A stretch of 64,000 nucleotides of DNA from Pavona decussata (taxonomy: Eukaryota). Made by a program: the position numbers and the translations under genes. The stretch spans positions 62,001-126,000 of the forward strand of contig CDRNST010000257.1 of NCBI GenBank assembly GCA_977016875.1, given 5' to 3'. Below are positions 62,030-64,000 of this stretch, piece by piece (within the stretch, counting starts at the first letter, position 1; every line of letters begins with the position of its first letter). The notes beneath the pieces were generated by a model. The model did no database searches, had not been told where the DNA came from, and saw only the letters and a list, made by a program, of their open reading frames with translations.

Positions 62030-64000
62030 TGTTGGCCCATTGCTTGCACTCAGGCCCTCCCTGAGGGAAACTACATCCGGGCTAACCAGAGACAGCAGTT
62101 GTTGTTGTCGTTGTAGAAAATCCCTCGTCTGAGGAATAAAGACTGTGTTCATTCTAGTGTTTATTGAGTATCAGTAGTGCCTGTGTCATCAACCCTGGCC
62201 AACATGGTGTCAGAAGTGAGGTTGGCCCGACAAGTCAACAAAGGAAGCATTCACGGAGGTTAAACGCACACCAAGCGATACAGTCGCAGACAACTTGTCA
62301 AACAAAGATGGCGAACTTCAAATGACCTGAATTGAAACTCGGCGGGACTATATCCGAAAATTTCAAGAACTTTGAAGTTAGATTTCACGACTACTGCATC
62401 AGGGCAGACTACAGAAAACAGGCAAAAAACCAGGTCATGGAGAGAGCGGATTATTACAAGAAACCTTTGCTAGAAATATCGGCGCTACGATCGGCAATGC
62501 CAGACAAAGATTTGCGGGTGATCCGCCCACCATTGAACCGCAGATTGCAGCTGATGATAGGGGAAAACCATGGATCTGGATGGACAAGTTACGACTTCAT
62601 TACACTGGATCCATCAGAAGCTCTCTGCTGGCGGACAGATTCAAATTCTGGCATGCTCAACAAAGCCCACATGAATCCGTTCAAGAATGGGAGGTTAAAG
62701 TCAGACAGGCAGGCAGCCAATGCTCCTACAACACGTCAACAGACGAAATGGGTCGCGATAAATGTGTGTTTGGGCTACACGATGACACAATGAGGGCTGA
62801 GTTACTTAAAACGCACTTAAAGTCGGATGGAATGCCCAAGAGCATGCAAGACATCGTAGCCAAAGCCAAGGCCCTTGAGTGAGCTCAGAAAGTGAACAAT
62901 CTCATTACAGATGCGAGTGAACTGGATTAGCCACAAACACATGAAACACCCCTGGAAAACATGCCCTGCCAATGACAAAATGTGCACAAACTGTGGGATT
63001 AACGACCACTTCTCCAGAGTTTGTCTTGAAACAGGACCCTCCCTCCAACAAGCAAAACCACGGAAAACTACCCAATGGCAAGCCCAGGGCAGAGGCTGAG
63101 GCGACAGAACCCCTCGTGATCGGCCCCAACCGGTACCCCCCCCCAAACAGAACAAACATCTGCTACACACCGCCAATGATCACCTCCCTGTAGAATACTA
63201 CACTGATCACTACCAAGAACAGTGCTACTCCCTGGAAACACAGCAAATACACAGTGTCCGCACAGATTCCACAAAGAAAAAGTACTTTGTTACGCTCCAA
63301 TGTCTGCAACTGGGAACAAATTCGTCGAATTGACATTTCAGATAGACACCGCTGCCACCCGCAATACCCTGTCTGAATACACCCTTCTCAGGCTGATGCC
63401 AAAAATGAAGCTAACAAAGGCACCTTACCTCCTTTACCCCTACAGCAATGCCCAGCCACTGAAACCATTGGGGCAGATCAACCTCCTACGCGAACGAAAC
63501 AGAAGATACAAAACACTTACATTCCAGGTACTCGAGACGTCATGTTGGATAAACCAGCCATTCTCTCTGGGTCCAACTGTGAGACACTGGGGCTCATCAT
63601 CATCAAAGCAGACGAAATATTCCCCCCCCCCCTTTACCCAGCCAGCTCGTCAGATACCAGCCATGCATCAGGCAGCCCAACAGCGAACACCAACAGCACA
63701 CCCAAGGAAGCCACAGGCTAACATCTGGACCACCCCAACAAGGACAAACAGTACAGGGAACCCACAACATCCTCACCGTCAAAACCCATAATGATCCCTT
63801 CTAAAAGAGGTCTTGCCGCACCTGGGGAGCTCACAAAAGAAAACGTACTACCTGATAATTTTGAAGGCCTTGGCTACTTAGGACCCCCAGTTCACTTTGA
63901 AGTAAAAGCCGACGTCTCACCAGTACAGATCCATCGAATTCCCGTGGCCAAACGATCAAAGAAAAGGAAACCTTTGACAGATACGCTGCAGCCCGCATCA
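62030..64000 (+). mobile_element. Gypsy LTR retrotransposon, 5' part (LTR, PBS, degenerate gag-protease), running off the window
   Basis: 175-bp LTR at 62030-62204, TGTTGGCC...GGCCAACA, with AATAAA at ~62135. PBS TGGTGTCAGAAGT (tRNA-Leu-like) at 62205. Gag CPA..KMCTNCG..DHF..VC; protease FQIDTAAT; start of RT. Frameshifted. Confidence 0.88.

Larger units (their letters stand above)
40479..64000. mobile_element. AcademH DNA transposon (RecQ helicase + convergent transposase), split by nested insertions; right end lies outside the window
   Basis: Left end TACCCTGGTTCC at 40479. RecQ N-terminus (FKEIQNLKPE-EALYKFIQPNDV, 40759-40900) rejoins in frame with SSVLPTG.EK.LIFQL at 58108 once the LINE stack is removed. 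Convergent DUF6589-like gene at 60801-61973. Confidence 0.75.

Overview
AT-rich animal genomic DNA, most likely a cnidarian such as a stony coral (inferred from the repeat families, not proven). The window is almost entirely stacked, mostly decayed transposable elements, and I found no clearly intact host gene, RNA gene or CRISPR array. Left to right: a CR1/L2-group LINE caught in a ~1.5-kb tandem duplication; two IS3/IS481-like ('IS3EU'-type) DDE transposase genes, each facing a ubiquitin-pathway gene (UBX-like in the first, CUE+HECT E3 ligase in the second); a Ginger-like integrase-OTU relic; a BEL/Pao 5' fragment; an AcademX relic; a non-autonomous element with CCGTTAG arrays that contains a nearly complete Harbinger (MADF + DDE nuclease); and, from 40.1 kb, a five-level nest (LINE > AcademH > LINE > OTU-carrying MuDR > LTR retrotransposon). 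A further AcademH-type MITE and a Gypsy element sit in that nest. Two results stand out. (i) A full-length LTR retrotransposon has non-canonical CG...CG termini, an IADD RT motif and a 3-bp TSD, which the host MuDR's opposite TIR supports. (ii) DNA transposases are repeatedly coupled to ubiquitin-system cargo (HECT, CUE, UBX, two OTUs). All family and domain calls come from motif recognition by eye; no database searches were run.
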